A stretch of 64,000 nucleotides of DNA from Andalucia godoyi And28 (taxonomy: Eukaryota > Protista > Jakobida), in assembly GCA_009859145.1 (NCBI GenBank), contig VRVR01000018.1, forward strand, positions 67,688 through 131,687. The letters run 5' to 3'. Below are positions 32,601 to 41,137 of this stretch, piece after piece (position 1 is the stretch's first letter; every line of letters starts with the position of its first letter). Below the pieces are notes generated by a model, which saw nothing but the letters and a program-made list of their open reading frames with translations, made no database searches and was not told where the DNA came from. Position numbers and translations under genes: made by a program.

Positions 32601-33916
32601 ATGCGCGCAAAATCCAAGAGATTGTTGACCATACGCAAAAGCCGCTGGCAGTTCCGATCGATCAAGGAGAGGCGGTGCTTGATCTCTGGATCGTACATCT
32701 TTTCCTTTGAATACTGGACAACATCCGCAAGCGGTCCGATCATCAGTGACAAAGGCGTTCGCAGTTCGTGCGAAACGTTGGAAAAGAATGTTGTTTTCGC
32801 TCTATCGAGGTTCGCAAGTTCCTCGGAACGACGACGCTCGCTCTCCAGAGCCCTAGCTGCAGATATCGCGGATGCAATTTGCTCTACCATGACCAGTATG
32901 AAATCTCGATAGTCCTCATCAAAATTTCGCAGCGGATTGACTCCGGAGACAAAAAACCCCACCGGATTTTCCACAATGGGGCCGAAGATGGGCACGACAA
33001 CAGCATGCGTGCACACTCGATCCTTCCAATGCTCGGCCATTGGCAGCGACGTCCTGTGATTCGCAGCAGACGTGCAATCGCAAAACTCGCGAATGTCTAC
33101 AATTTTGCAATCCCTCCTGTCCCAGTCACGCGAAAACCCCCACCAATCATCCCGCGATGCTTCACTTCCCTCTTCTCCACAACCGCACAACACATGCTCG
33201 TTGTCAATCCCGCCTGTTGTGCCGACAAGCCTCACGGTCTTGCTTGATAATTTTCCTTCTTCACACGCCTCGCCATTCGCATTCACAGCGTATAACATGA
33301 CAAATGGCAAGTCCACCTTGTTAGACTTGCAAACATTCAACGAACGCTGCCATACATCCTGCGTCGACTCGACGCTCGAGAACGCTCGGCTGAGCTCGTT
33401 CCGAAACTGGAGTCTTCTTTTTCCTATCACCTTGTTTGTTGTTTCTGCAACGGACACTAGTACGGCACAAATGGTTCCCGATTCCAGCCCGACAGCGGAA
33501 TACGAGAACGAATGATATGTTTCTTCGGGAAACCCGGATCGGTTCAAAATCAGACAAAGATCCTCATACGCACACGACTCCCCCGTTTCGTATACACTTT
33601 TCACCCATGGTCCAATTACAGGCCATATCTCCGCCCATGCAACTTCTCCTGGAGTCCCAAGTGCGCTCGGATGTTTCTTGCCAAATGTCGGAGCATAAGC
33701 ATCGTTGTACAACACGATGTGCTCGTCGCCGCAAAAGAGAAACAGCGGAAGCTGGCACACCAAGCACAGACTGGTTGCAGTTTGCAAGCTAGGAGACCAC
33801 GTTTCAGGCGGTCCCATGGGCGTCTTTGACCAATCAAACTTCCGACACAGCTGGCTCATCATGCTCTTTCCCGAGAAAATACGATCGGCAGGAGACGTAA
33901 CAGCGACAAAGCTCAT
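29642..33916 (-). CDS. Double hybrid sensor histidine kinase: PAS/GAF-HisKA-HATPase-REC-PAS-HisKA-HATPase-REC (~1424 aa; likely start MSFVAV at 33916)
   Basis: H-boxes FFSNVSHELRTPL and FIDTLSHEVRNPL. G-boxes QDSGCGI/GTGIGLAL and QDSGPGF/SGLGLAIS. REC motifs LLSDVMMPRLDG and IFMDLEMPRLSG. N-terminal FDWSKTPMGPPETW. The ORF-track extension to 34279 crosses a (TA)n run and the element, so it is spurious. Confidence 0.93.
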   Translation of the reverse strand: MSFVAVTSPADRIFSGKSMMSQLCRKFDWSKTPMGPPETWSPSLQTATSLCLVCQLPLFLFCGDEHIVLYNDAYAPTFGKKHPSALGTPGEVAWAEIWPVIGPWVKSVYETGESCAYEDLCLILNRSGFPEETYHSFSYSAVGLESGTICAVLVSVAETTNKVIGKRRLQFRNELSRAFSSVESTQDVWQRSLNVCKSNKVDLPFVMLYAVNANGEACEEGKLSSKTVRLVGTTGGIDNEHVLCGCGEEGSEASRDDWWGFSRDWDRRDCKIVDIREFCDCTSAANHRTSLPMAEHWKDRVCTHAVVVPIFGPIVENPVGFFVSGVNPLRNFDEDYRDFILVMVEQIASAISAARALESERRRSEELANLDRAKTTFFSNVSHELRTPLSLMIGPLADVVQYSKEKMYDPEIKHRLSLIDRNCQRLLRMVNNLLDFARIEAGRSQSVFCPQDVCRLSLEISSLFDSLMRKGGLTFTFRASDAVLEDPVVYVDRSLWEKIVCNLLSNAFKFTLEGFVSMTLDVRIDAAGLKWLQVDIQDSGCGIREEDRLHVFERFYRIEGSDGRSFEGTGIGLALTQELVKLHGGYIDVDSELGRGSCFSVNIPYGNLHLPRDRIFENQSDNVVHSVHSSAGLGAVKEASLWIETENSSCRSSIDETMSVTDQGESLFLQDKYRMSSRSSSPELNTKSRSSFLSGLRHSRILVADDNADMRSYMQSVLQPFWAVETANDGIEAYEKLLSGGFDLLLSDVMMPRLDGYGLIDRVRSNEALQTTPIILLSARAGEEAKVEGLRLGADDYLVKTAFSAKELLARVRNHLELRHLRSALENEVEKRTKQLVQVNESLQREVEERIRAEKALAASEKRYRLLLAVSPVGLVHADTAGIPNYANPFTQALFEKTESEICAGFWIQSIHPDYQQTVAAAWVNYVQRVHEEFHFQPFHITYPIVKSSERLCWVFVQGIPEFHENTHESIGFILTVTDITDQKVAEDERLLASTKAEEEQRSRALEAELNRKKLQDFIDTLSHEVRNPLSGTILNLEQQSELADKLMVLHSEFSMSGVDTDLADQLSVVILELKETVLAIQLCSNHQRNIFNQVIELSALENSKVRLQISSFSLQAAIREAVSMHDAVSAKKSITLVPDVPVGDYFVESDIVRFKQVLINLISNAIKYNRIGGMVRVRLEVQSSSTEYPVTIRVQDSGPGFTNEEKSKLFDRFSQLSRSHGGMDVAVHENSSGLGLAISKGIVSLFGGAIDVHSVLGEGSTFVVALPWKVSAVSPGCRRPSANIAANLANSSPFPMATSHPSERILVVDDNLISQKALHRLLTRRGYVCEVANDGEEAVLQFEMFRPDVIFMDLEMPRLSGLEATEQIRRIEEERNLEPVRIFAISGYARDETQAEAVAAGCDGYLAKPFRPEDLQRVIHQGR

Positions 33917-34054
33917 ATTGGAACTATGCGTATTGAAGCAAGGTAGTCTGGGGAAATGCTGAGATTTGGGAATGGAGATAGAAAAGGAACGAGAACAGGC
34001 TGACCGCTTATACAACCAAAAATCACAGGGTTCTTTTTTGTTTTTTCTGTTTAT

Positions 34055-34059
<5 letters not shown>

Positions 34060-34085
<26 letters not shown>
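34060..34085. repeat. (TA)n microsatellite
   Basis: Perfect dinucleotide run. Confidence 0.95.
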
Positions 34086-34224
34086 TTTTGAAGAGGTGGC
34101 TGACGTTGCGAGATTTGGGGAAAGCATTTTTGCTTTGCGACAAAACAACTCAATTCCCAAACACAAACGAACTGAGGAACGTGTTTGCTCATACTGATCT
34201 CCGGATTCTGGTCACACACGACCG

Positions 34225-34758
34225 TTGAATAATAACACGCCATTGTCATGCATACGGAAGTATACATAAACAGACACACAGTCGATACTGGCCGACACTA
34301 GCACGTTTGTTTCACAGGCATTCGTGCTTCCGCACGCTCGGCCAGACTTCAGCCGGTGACACAGGCTCTGCATTTTCGACACTCTTCAAGGCAACATCCG
34401 TAGCCATCTATTCTATCATTCGTTGGTTTCACTTTTTTTGGTTTCACTTTTTGCAACGTCTGTTCCGTAAGGCGACCGAGTATCGCGAGCGCCATGTTGC
34501 CATCGTGACGGAGGAGTACACGTCCAAACGTGCGGGCGCTGCGGTGAGATCCATGCACGTCGAGGCGGAAGCAGCAAAGTGTTTGCATGTCCCGCGTGTA
34601 GCTCGCACATTGATCGAGATTGGGAACGGAGCGCGGAGCATTTATTTGAAGAACGCCGTGGGGCGTGTTGGGGGGCCTATCCCCTTCCCGGCAACGGGAT
34701 GCAAGACTGAATATGCATGTCTATTCGTAGATATGCATGTTCAGTGCATAATGTAGGC
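34225..34758 (+). mobile_element. Non-autonomous TnpB/Fanzor2-derived element, copy 2 (retains RuvC-II, Zn ribbon and RuvC-III)
   Basis: With two compensating 1-nt frameshifts it reads FHFLQRLFRKATEYRERHVAIVTEEYTSK/TCGRCGEIHARRGGSSKVFACPACSSHIDRD/NGARSIYLKN. ACCG at 34221-34224. Confidence 0.93.
34653..34758 (+). ncRNA. Predicted omegaRNA scaffold, copy 2 (best conserved)
   Basis: ACGCC-GTGG-GGCGT stem; GGGG-GCCTAT-CCCC stem whose loop pairs with terminal GTAGGC; TCCCG-GCAA-CGGGA GNRA hairpin; 17-bp stem with TTCG loop at 34707-34744. Confidence 0.72.
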
Positions 34759-35455
34759 GCCAATGTTTTTGCTCGTGGCCCCACGAGAATTCAAGACGGC
34801 TTTTTTACTAGTAGAAAAAGCCTCCGGTTGGGTGCCGGGGGAACGTGGAGCGCGGGAGTGGAAACAGGGCCTGAATTTGGGGAATTATACTGACAGACAG
34901 AGAATTGCACGATAATCAGCAGATCAGAAACGACCATACTCTGGCCGGAAGGAGTATCGATTTGCGACGGCCAACAGTGACGTAAGCCCGGAAACCAGGT
35001 ACAGACAGCATCTCGATATGCCTCGTTCGCCGACCCATCCCAGTGCCCTCGTCTCTTTATTGGCATCGATCTGCGCTTCCTCCGAGGTCCCAAACTACCA
35101 GTATCGCGCTCAGATTGCATGCTTGACAGAGGCTGACAGAATCGTCCGAAAGATCGCGTATGAGCACCATCTGATGAGGACGGAAGAAGGGTTGCTGATT
35201 CCTTTCCCAACGATTCGTCGAGCTTCGCAGTCTGCACGCTTTCCAGTTTTCCAATGAATCTTTTTTTTTGTGTTGGTTGAGAAAACAACAGCGAGAAACA
35301 GAGTTTTCGTACTTATACATATAATCAGGTGTGCACCCAAAGTACAGCAAAGACTCTTGTTACATTATGGTGCTAAGAATAGTGTGAAAAAAACAGAACA
35401 AAGAAATTTGAATTCGTACAGCAGTGATTTTCCTTTACATAAGCATACGAAGAAA

Positions 35456-38400
35456 ATGAGTGGTAAAGGGGGAGGGAACGGAAAGAACGTCATGTTCCAG
35501 CGTTCACCTACTGTTCCATCATCCCTTTTGAGGTCTTCTGCAATAGAAAACGCTGATGGCTCCAAGGTGTATCTGAGGGCCCGAAATTCCGGGTATGTGA
35601 ATGCTGCCGGCACAGTCCGAAAAGACGCATTAGTGCCGCTGGTTCGCGTAGACATTTTCAAAGACGAGGTTCCAAAAGAAATAGTGATTCCGTTTTCTGA
35701 GAATGCAAATTCGGCAGTTCAGACTCGGTCGTCTTCATTTTCATCTTCCACTGCCGGATTATCAACCCCCATGCATAATAGCCGGTCTTCGGAAGGCGGA
35801 ACAGAAATTGCATTTGGAGCCTCGCGAAGCAACAGTGCTGGGTCGTCAACGATTGAGTATTCGTCTTCCTTTCAAAGCGGCGACTCGGACGAATCATCTT
35901 TTGAAGACTTTCGGAATGGCAATTTGAGAAACGAAGGCAGCCACACGCGCAACGCGTCGAGCTATTCGAGTGGGATCCAAACATCAGGGAGTTCTGTTTT
36001 CGAGGCAGCCCAACATGGAGGGGAGAATGCTGGCCAGGGGGCGAGAGCAGAATTTACAAAGGGCTCTGGCTCGGGGGGTTCGATGCGCTCTCCTGCGGCC
36101 ACTTCTTATTCGCAAAATGCTGATTTTCGAAGACACAGTGCTGTGGAGAAGCCAGTGTCGATGACCGCAGAAGAAGAGTTTTTGGGGGATGATGCTGCGT
36201 CCCAGAGCACAAAATCAGGAGACTCTCCAACGAATGGTCGTATCTCCAGCGGATCTGGATCTTCCGACCCGCATTCTCAATCACAGTTGAATCAACGATA
36301 CTTGCTGAAGCGGACGGGCACGCTGGACAGTCTACGAGGAGCGCGTGGGGATCGCCGTGTGTCGTTTGATGAACATTCGATTGAATCGTCTTCACGGGAT
36401 CCGGATCACGCTGCTGGGCCGCATGCGCAAGGACATCAAGGAAATTTTTTTACCAGTGCCTCGCGTTTCTTGTCCATGGACTATCCGCATCCGGATGGAC
36501 GTACAGCATCGAATTCGACGTCAGATGATATCGTGGAGGCACTGGACTTTGACGCGGACGGGTTTCCAAGAGATCCATCTCCAACTCTGGGTCATTCACA
36601 TACTGTATATTCGCTAAAAGTACCAGACGTTGATTATGGGAAACGACCTTCTGTTTCTTCTGGTAGCCTGAATCCCTTGGTCAATCGGGACGGCCATCAA
36701 GTGTTAGCGCGATCCAATTATTCTGGGAGAACTCTACGTCGTGCGTCAAGCGTAGAAAAGAACGATGAGCTAACGGGCACGACAGACACGATGTCGTCCT
36801 CAGAGTCGCAATCCACAAGATTTCATGCTCCGCGTCGTGGAAGCAGACGGCCGAGCACTGCTTCCAGTGCAGTCTCCGAGGACGTATATGGTGAGGAAGT
36901 CATGTCTGTGGGTGGAGACTACTACGACAACGATAACGACGATGACCATGATGATGACCATGAAAGTGCTGGCAGCAGTGTGGAGGAACACGACTCCGAG
37001 TCTTCAAATGCATCATCTTCCCGGTCTTTCCCGTCCGGAGGCCGAGTTTCGGGCTTCAAGCGAACAGCCTCAAGGTCCAAGAACTCCAAATCTGTGAAGG
37101 ACAAGAAGGAAGATGATGATTTGGAGAAGGTAATTGCCAAATACGTCAATCGTGGAGAAGCGTCCTTTGTTGTGGAGCTTCTTGCGGATCCTACTGTGGA
37201 TGCGAAGGAGGTACCACCTGAAGATCGTCCGTTTCGCAGAATTGATCTTTCTGTTCTGGACATCACCATCCGACAAAAGTCTTCCGAGGGCAAAAAGAGT
37301 TTCTTGAAAAAGCTGATTCCTAGTTATTGGAGCAGGGTGGCGCAAGTGGACTTTCATCCAGGCGTGCAAGTTTTTGAAGATCCACGCCAGGATGATGTGT
37401 TCTTTGTGGAGCTGGATAAGACTGTGCATTTCTGGTTCAGAGCGTCGTGCGCATTTGAACGGCGTGTCATCGCGGAATCTATCAGGACATTTAACACATT
37501 GCATTGCATTGCAACGAACCAAGCCGTTGGAGATGCATCCTCTGGTTCATCTTTCAAGCCTCCTGGATCGGCATTGAATGATTCCGCTGCACCATCGCGA
37601 AGCCAAATGGTCACGGCGAAGGGTAAGTTCGATCGAGACCCTGGCATCTATGGCGTCCACAAATTTGTGAACAATGATCCTCCTTCCTTGAATGACTTGA
37701 CGGCCTGGGGTGTGTCAGGCTCGAACACGATTGAAGGAGCATACAAGGATTTTCTTGGCTCGAACAGCGACGCTGTCGTTCGTTCGGTTCGTGCGAATCT
37801 GCAGACGGGAGATGCGCTGTTTTCCAACGTGTGGGTGTTCGGTCTGAAGAAGTATCCGACGAGCCGAAAGGAAGAATGCTTGGTTCATGGCGAGGACGAT
37901 GTTCTCAAACTTATGGACTTCAGCAATCGAGAGCACATTGGATTTTTGCGAGTTACTCGTTTTCTTTTGGTTTACGGCATCTACCCTATTAACGGCATGG
38001 AAAAGAAGCGCCTTGGACAATCCGAAGAGTCTGTTCAGCAGTTGGCACGCCAGTACACGCGAAGAATGTTTTCCACTTCTTTTCTTCGTGGAGATCCATC
38101 GGAGAAGGGTAAAACAGCCAAGTCCAACGGTGATGGAGGAGGACGGGATGGTGCTGATGACGACGCTTCTGCTGCCACGGCGGGGAAGCCCAATGGGGGA
38201 AATGCAAATTCGTTCCTGCGGAATTTTCAGGATCATCGTGTTCCGCTTGGATATGGCCCAGCAGCAACCGTCGACAAACAAAACCAGATATGGGAGCGCT
38301 CGATGACCGAAGTTTTCTTTCCGCCGTCCCACCCAAGATTGTGCGTCATTGTAGTGTATACGCTGCAGAGAATCTTTACCAAAGCACGGCGGCGCATTCA

Positions 38401-39724
38401 GTCGGATGACGGTGACTATGATGAGGAAGAATGGAGAGAAGGGCCGCTAAACAGGTTTGTTCGGTTCGCAGTTGCATTCGAACTGAGTCAAGAATTTGAT
38501 GCGAGAATCATGCGATGGACGGTTCGCATGGCAAATCTGTACCAAGTTCGAGCACTGGAAGAACTAGAAGCGCCGAATGGCGGTGGTCCACCGAGTGCGC
38601 GACGGTCCTCGTTTGATCCGTTTGACATTGCTGGGGGTGGCATTCCGCTGCTGCAGCATTCCTCGTCGTCTGCTAGCTTGCGGTCCCCAATGCTCCGTGG
38701 AACCTCCGAACTGGATCTCAACCTTCATGGATCGCAAAGGAGCGACTCTCCGTCGTTTGGAGGGAATGCAGCTTTTCAGCGCGGTTTATCGTTCAGCGCG
38801 GGATCCGGATCACCAGCCATCCGGTCTCCCGGATCTTTGCTGTCTCCTGCCTACAGTTCTGCATCGTTTCGTGGAAGCCCCGCAGTGGACCCGTTCAGTT
38901 CTTCCTTTCTTCGAAGCGAGTCCAATCCGATGGATGGCAGCGCTTCTGCTGCGGGATCGGCGACCCTTGTGTACATGGGCACCGGTGGGAACGAAAAGTC
39001 GATTCAGGGTCTTACTCCACTGTCAATCGAGCACAAGGGGGTGCAGGTTGGAGAGTCTATGCAGCAGTTTGAGTCTGACAACCTACGAGTCTTGCGAGAG
39101 ACGATGCATTCTCTTGGGAAACAGCTTGAGGAATCGCAGCGACACGTGTTTGAACTCGAAAAGAGGAGCGAGGAAAGACTCGTTCAGTGGAAAGTCACGC
39201 AGAAGGAGCTGGATGATGTGGCGAGCCGGCGCGCGGAACTTGAAAAGGAGACGCTGAACAGCCACCAGTCCCTGACCGAATACGAAATTCATCTTGCCAA
39301 TCAGAAGGAAACCATTCGAGTCACAACCATGCAGCTGCAAGATGCTAACTCGGAACTGGAGTCGCTGCGAAGGCTTGCTGCCGAACTGAAGCAGCAGGTC
39401 CAGTTCCTGACAAAGGACCGCGACGAGGAAAAGGCGGCTCGTATCATGGCCCAGAATTACTGCAAAACACTCCTCGGCAGATATCAGAACATGATGCAAG
39501 ATTCTTTTGTTTCAGAAACGGCGAATTCTATCGGTGCTCTTCCCGCAGAACTCTCACCTACGAACCAGCACGGAGTGGAGACCGCGTCAGACGCATCACT
39601 CGATTCCAACATCACTGCATCTTCAGCAACGCTTTCCAGCAATGCAACATTCGGCTCCAAGCAGCCAACGAGCGCCGTTTTCCATTCTCCGCGGCGTCCT
39701 GCACCAATCCCTCCGAAGTTCTGA
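35456..39724 (+). CDS. Large Ser-rich hypothetical protein with a possible central PH-like domain and C-terminal coiled coil (~1422 aa; ORF track start 35270)
   Basis: 4.3-kb ORF. Segment FEDPRQDDVFFVEL...HFWFRASCAFERRVIAESIRTF looks PH-like. Heptads near the C-terminus. Confidence 0.75.
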   Translation: MSGKGGGNGKNVMFQRSPTVPSSLLRSSAIENADGSKVYLRARNSGYVNAAGTVRKDALVPLVRVDIFKDEVPKEIVIPFSENANSAVQTRSSSFSSSTAGLSTPMHNSRSSEGGTEIAFGASRSNSAGSSTIEYSSSFQSGDSDESSFEDFRNGNLRNEGSHTRNASSYSSGIQTSGSSVFEAAQHGGENAGQGARAEFTKGSGSGGSMRSPAATSYSQNADFRRHSAVEKPVSMTAEEEFLGDDAASQSTKSGDSPTNGRISSGSGSSDPHSQSQLNQRYLLKRTGTLDSLRGARGDRRVSFDEHSIESSSRDPDHAAGPHAQGHQGNFFTSASRFLSMDYPHPDGRTASNSTSDDIVEALDFDADGFPRDPSPTLGHSHTVYSLKVPDVDYGKRPSVSSGSLNPLVNRDGHQVLARSNYSGRTLRRASSVEKNDELTGTTDTMSSSESQSTRFHAPRRGSRRPSTASSAVSEDVYGEEVMSVGGDYYDNDNDDDHDDDHESAGSSVEEHDSESSNASSSRSFPSGGRVSGFKRTASRSKNSKSVKDKKEDDDLEKVIAKYVNRGEASFVVELLADPTVDAKEVPPEDRPFRRIDLSVLDITIRQKSSEGKKSFLKKLIPSYWSRVAQVDFHPGVQVFEDPRQDDVFFVELDKTVHFWFRASCAFERRVIAESIRTFNTLHCIATNQAVGDASSGSSFKPPGSALNDSAAPSRSQMVTAKGKFDRDPGIYGVHKFVNNDPPSLNDLTAWGVSGSNTIEGAYKDFLGSNSDAVVRSVRANLQTGDALFSNVWVFGLKKYPTSRKEECLVHGEDDVLKLMDFSNREHIGFLRVTRFLLVYGIYPINGMEKKRLGQSEESVQQLARQYTRRMFSTSFLRGDPSEKGKTAKSNGDGGGRDGADDDASAATAGKPNGGNANSFLRNFQDHRVPLGYGPAATVDKQNQIWERSMTEVFFPPSHPRLCVIVVYTLQRIFTKARRRIQSDDGDYDEEEWREGPLNRFVRFAVAFELSQEFDARIMRWTVRMANLYQVRALEELEAPNGGGPPSARRSSFDPFDIAGGGIPLLQHSSSSASLRSPMLRGTSELDLNLHGSQRSDSPSFGGNAAFQRGLSFSAGSGSPAIRSPGSLLSPAYSSASFRGSPAVDPFSSSFLRSESNPMDGSASAAGSATLVYMGTGGNEKSIQGLTPLSIEHKGVQVGESMQQFESDNLRVLRETMHSLGKQLEESQRHVFELEKRSEERLVQWKVTQKELDDVASRRAELEKETLNSHQSLTEYEIHLANQKETIRVTTMQLQDANSELESLRRLAAELKQQVQFLTKDRDEEKAARIMAQNYCKTLLGRYQNMMQDSFVSETANSIGALPAELSPTNQHGVETASDASLDSNITASSATLSSNATFGSKQPTSAVFHSPRRPAPIPPKF

Positions 39725-39813
39725 TTCCCGGCAGATTTGAATGGGTTTTTTATAATTATTTAATTATGTATATTTTATGAAAAGAAAAAGAAAAATGTAT
39801 TAAAGACACACCA

Positions 39814-40992
39814 CTAACTTTGAGCGGGCATTGACAAACTTGCATTCTTGCTCGCTGCTCCATGCATATTATTGGTTTCGTCGGCTTCCCTTGTATCGCA
39901 AAAGCAGTTTGAGATGTTGCGGAGAACACACTCAACATCACGTTGTGTGCAGTTCTGCGACACGGACGACGGCAAGACAGAGAACCCCAAGCTGCCATTC
40001 GCACCGCGTCGAACCACCCCAACGACACCCTTTCTGCAGCGGAAATACGTCGATGTTCCAAGCTCTGTGCGTCGGCCAGGAGTCGTTTCAAACATTTTAA
40101 AGTACTCTGATGCAATATTTTCAGAAACGTCCTCGTGCTGCGACGCGACGTCCAGCAGCCCAAGCAGCTGCGGATCGAGGTGCAGGACAATCGACGACAC
40201 AATCTCGCTCGGATGCACGGACGTACCGGATAGATTCAGGGATAAAGATTCTCCGCGTCTACGCAGTCTCTCTGCAGTTGTTTCAATCCACGGAAGCACA
40301 GATGCGCCCGACACTCTTCTGCAGCGATGCACATCGAGATGGGCCACAAGCGGACATGACTCTCGAATGCACTGCACTACATCATCGTCCACATGGGGGT
40401 CATTAGCCAAACATACTCTCCGAAGCGACGAAACACACGGCTTTTTGAACAAGGAACCGATGCGAAAACAGCATTGAGGGACTGCAAATTCCGTTGCATC
40501 ATTCGGAATCTCAGTTATTTGAAAATCAACAATTGATGTGCTTGAGCTTTGTAGGTTGCTACTCTCTTTCGCGACCATTCTCGACAACACTGGATATGTG
40601 AAGAATTCTGCATGTTGGCCGTCCTTATCAAAAGGAAACACCTGAATGGAAACGCAAGCACCATCACGCCAGCTGGAAGCCGAGTCCAATGCTATTAGTT
40701 GCCGTAAAAGCGATTGTACACGCTGCATCGTTCGCGATGAAAGCGAACAATCAAAACCATTGAGCGCCATTACGCAACCAATCGAAACTGCTCCTTCCGC
40801 GTAGTACAACAAAAGAACAGCGAAACGGAAGAAGAAGGAAAAATCAGACGCAGAAAGCCAATTCTTGTTGTGCAACTGTAGTTCGTGCGCCGTTTCAAAC
40901 GGAAGTTCCTTTGGTCCTGCATTGGTCACTTTTCGCTCTGGGTGTTTTCGCGTGATTTCCGTGAAGAGAGTCCTCTGTCGTTCATTGAACAC
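39814..40992 (-). CDS. Leucine-rich-repeat (AMN1/FBXL-type) protein, 392 aa
   Basis: LRRVCLANDPHVDDDVVQCIRESCPLVAHLDVHRCRRVSG and LNLSGTSV cysteine-containing LRR pattern. Confidence 0.6.
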   Translation of the reverse strand: MFNERQRTLFTEITRKHPERKVTNAGPKELPFETAHELQLHNKNWLSASDFSFFFRFAVLLLYYAEGAVSIGCVMALNGFDCSLSSRTMQRVQSLLRQLIALDSASSWRDGACVSIQVFPFDKDGQHAEFFTYPVLSRMVAKESSNLQSSSTSIVDFQITEIPNDATEFAVPQCCFRIGSLFKKPCVSSLRRVCLANDPHVDDDVVQCIRESCPLVAHLDVHRCRRVSGASVLPWIETTAERLRRRGESLSLNLSGTSVHPSEIVSSIVLHLDPQLLGLLDVASQHEDVSENIASEYFKMFETTPGRRTELGTSTYFRCRKGVVGVVRRGANGSLGFSVLPSSVSQNCTQRDVECVLRNISNCFCDTREADETNNMHGAASKNASLSMPAQS

Positions 40993-41024
40993 CCTCCCCC
41001 GAATAGTGCCAAAATTCTATTTCA

Positions 41025-41026
<2 letters not shown>

Positions 41027-41088
<62 letters not shown>
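41027..41088. repeat. (CA)n microsatellite, ~31 units, in a divergent promoter
   Basis: Perfect dinucleotide run. Confidence 0.98.
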
Positions 41089-41090
<2 letters not shown>

Positions 41091-41137
41091 GAGGAACATC
41101 AATCGTTAGAAGAAGGTCAGCAGCTGGAAGAAAAGAA

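Noticed and set aside
33917-34279. 121-aa N-terminal extension of the histidine kinase
   Set aside because: It translates a (TA)n microsatellite (YIYIYI) and the element left end, so it is not credible protein.
34225-34440. Possible IS607 TnpA (serine recombinase) remnant in the element left leader
   Set aside because: No YARVS or other resolvase motif in the three element-sense frames I translated.
34798-34822. Near-perfect palindrome GGCTTTTTTACTAGTAGAAAAAGCC 40 nt downstream of copy 2
   Set aside because: Not shared by the other copies' flanks and lies within a putative decayed ORF; no function can be supported.
34930-35040. 5S rRNA/SRP-like look of GACCATACT and nearby hairpins
   Set aside because: Similarity does not extend beyond a few bases and the conserved internal boxes are absent.
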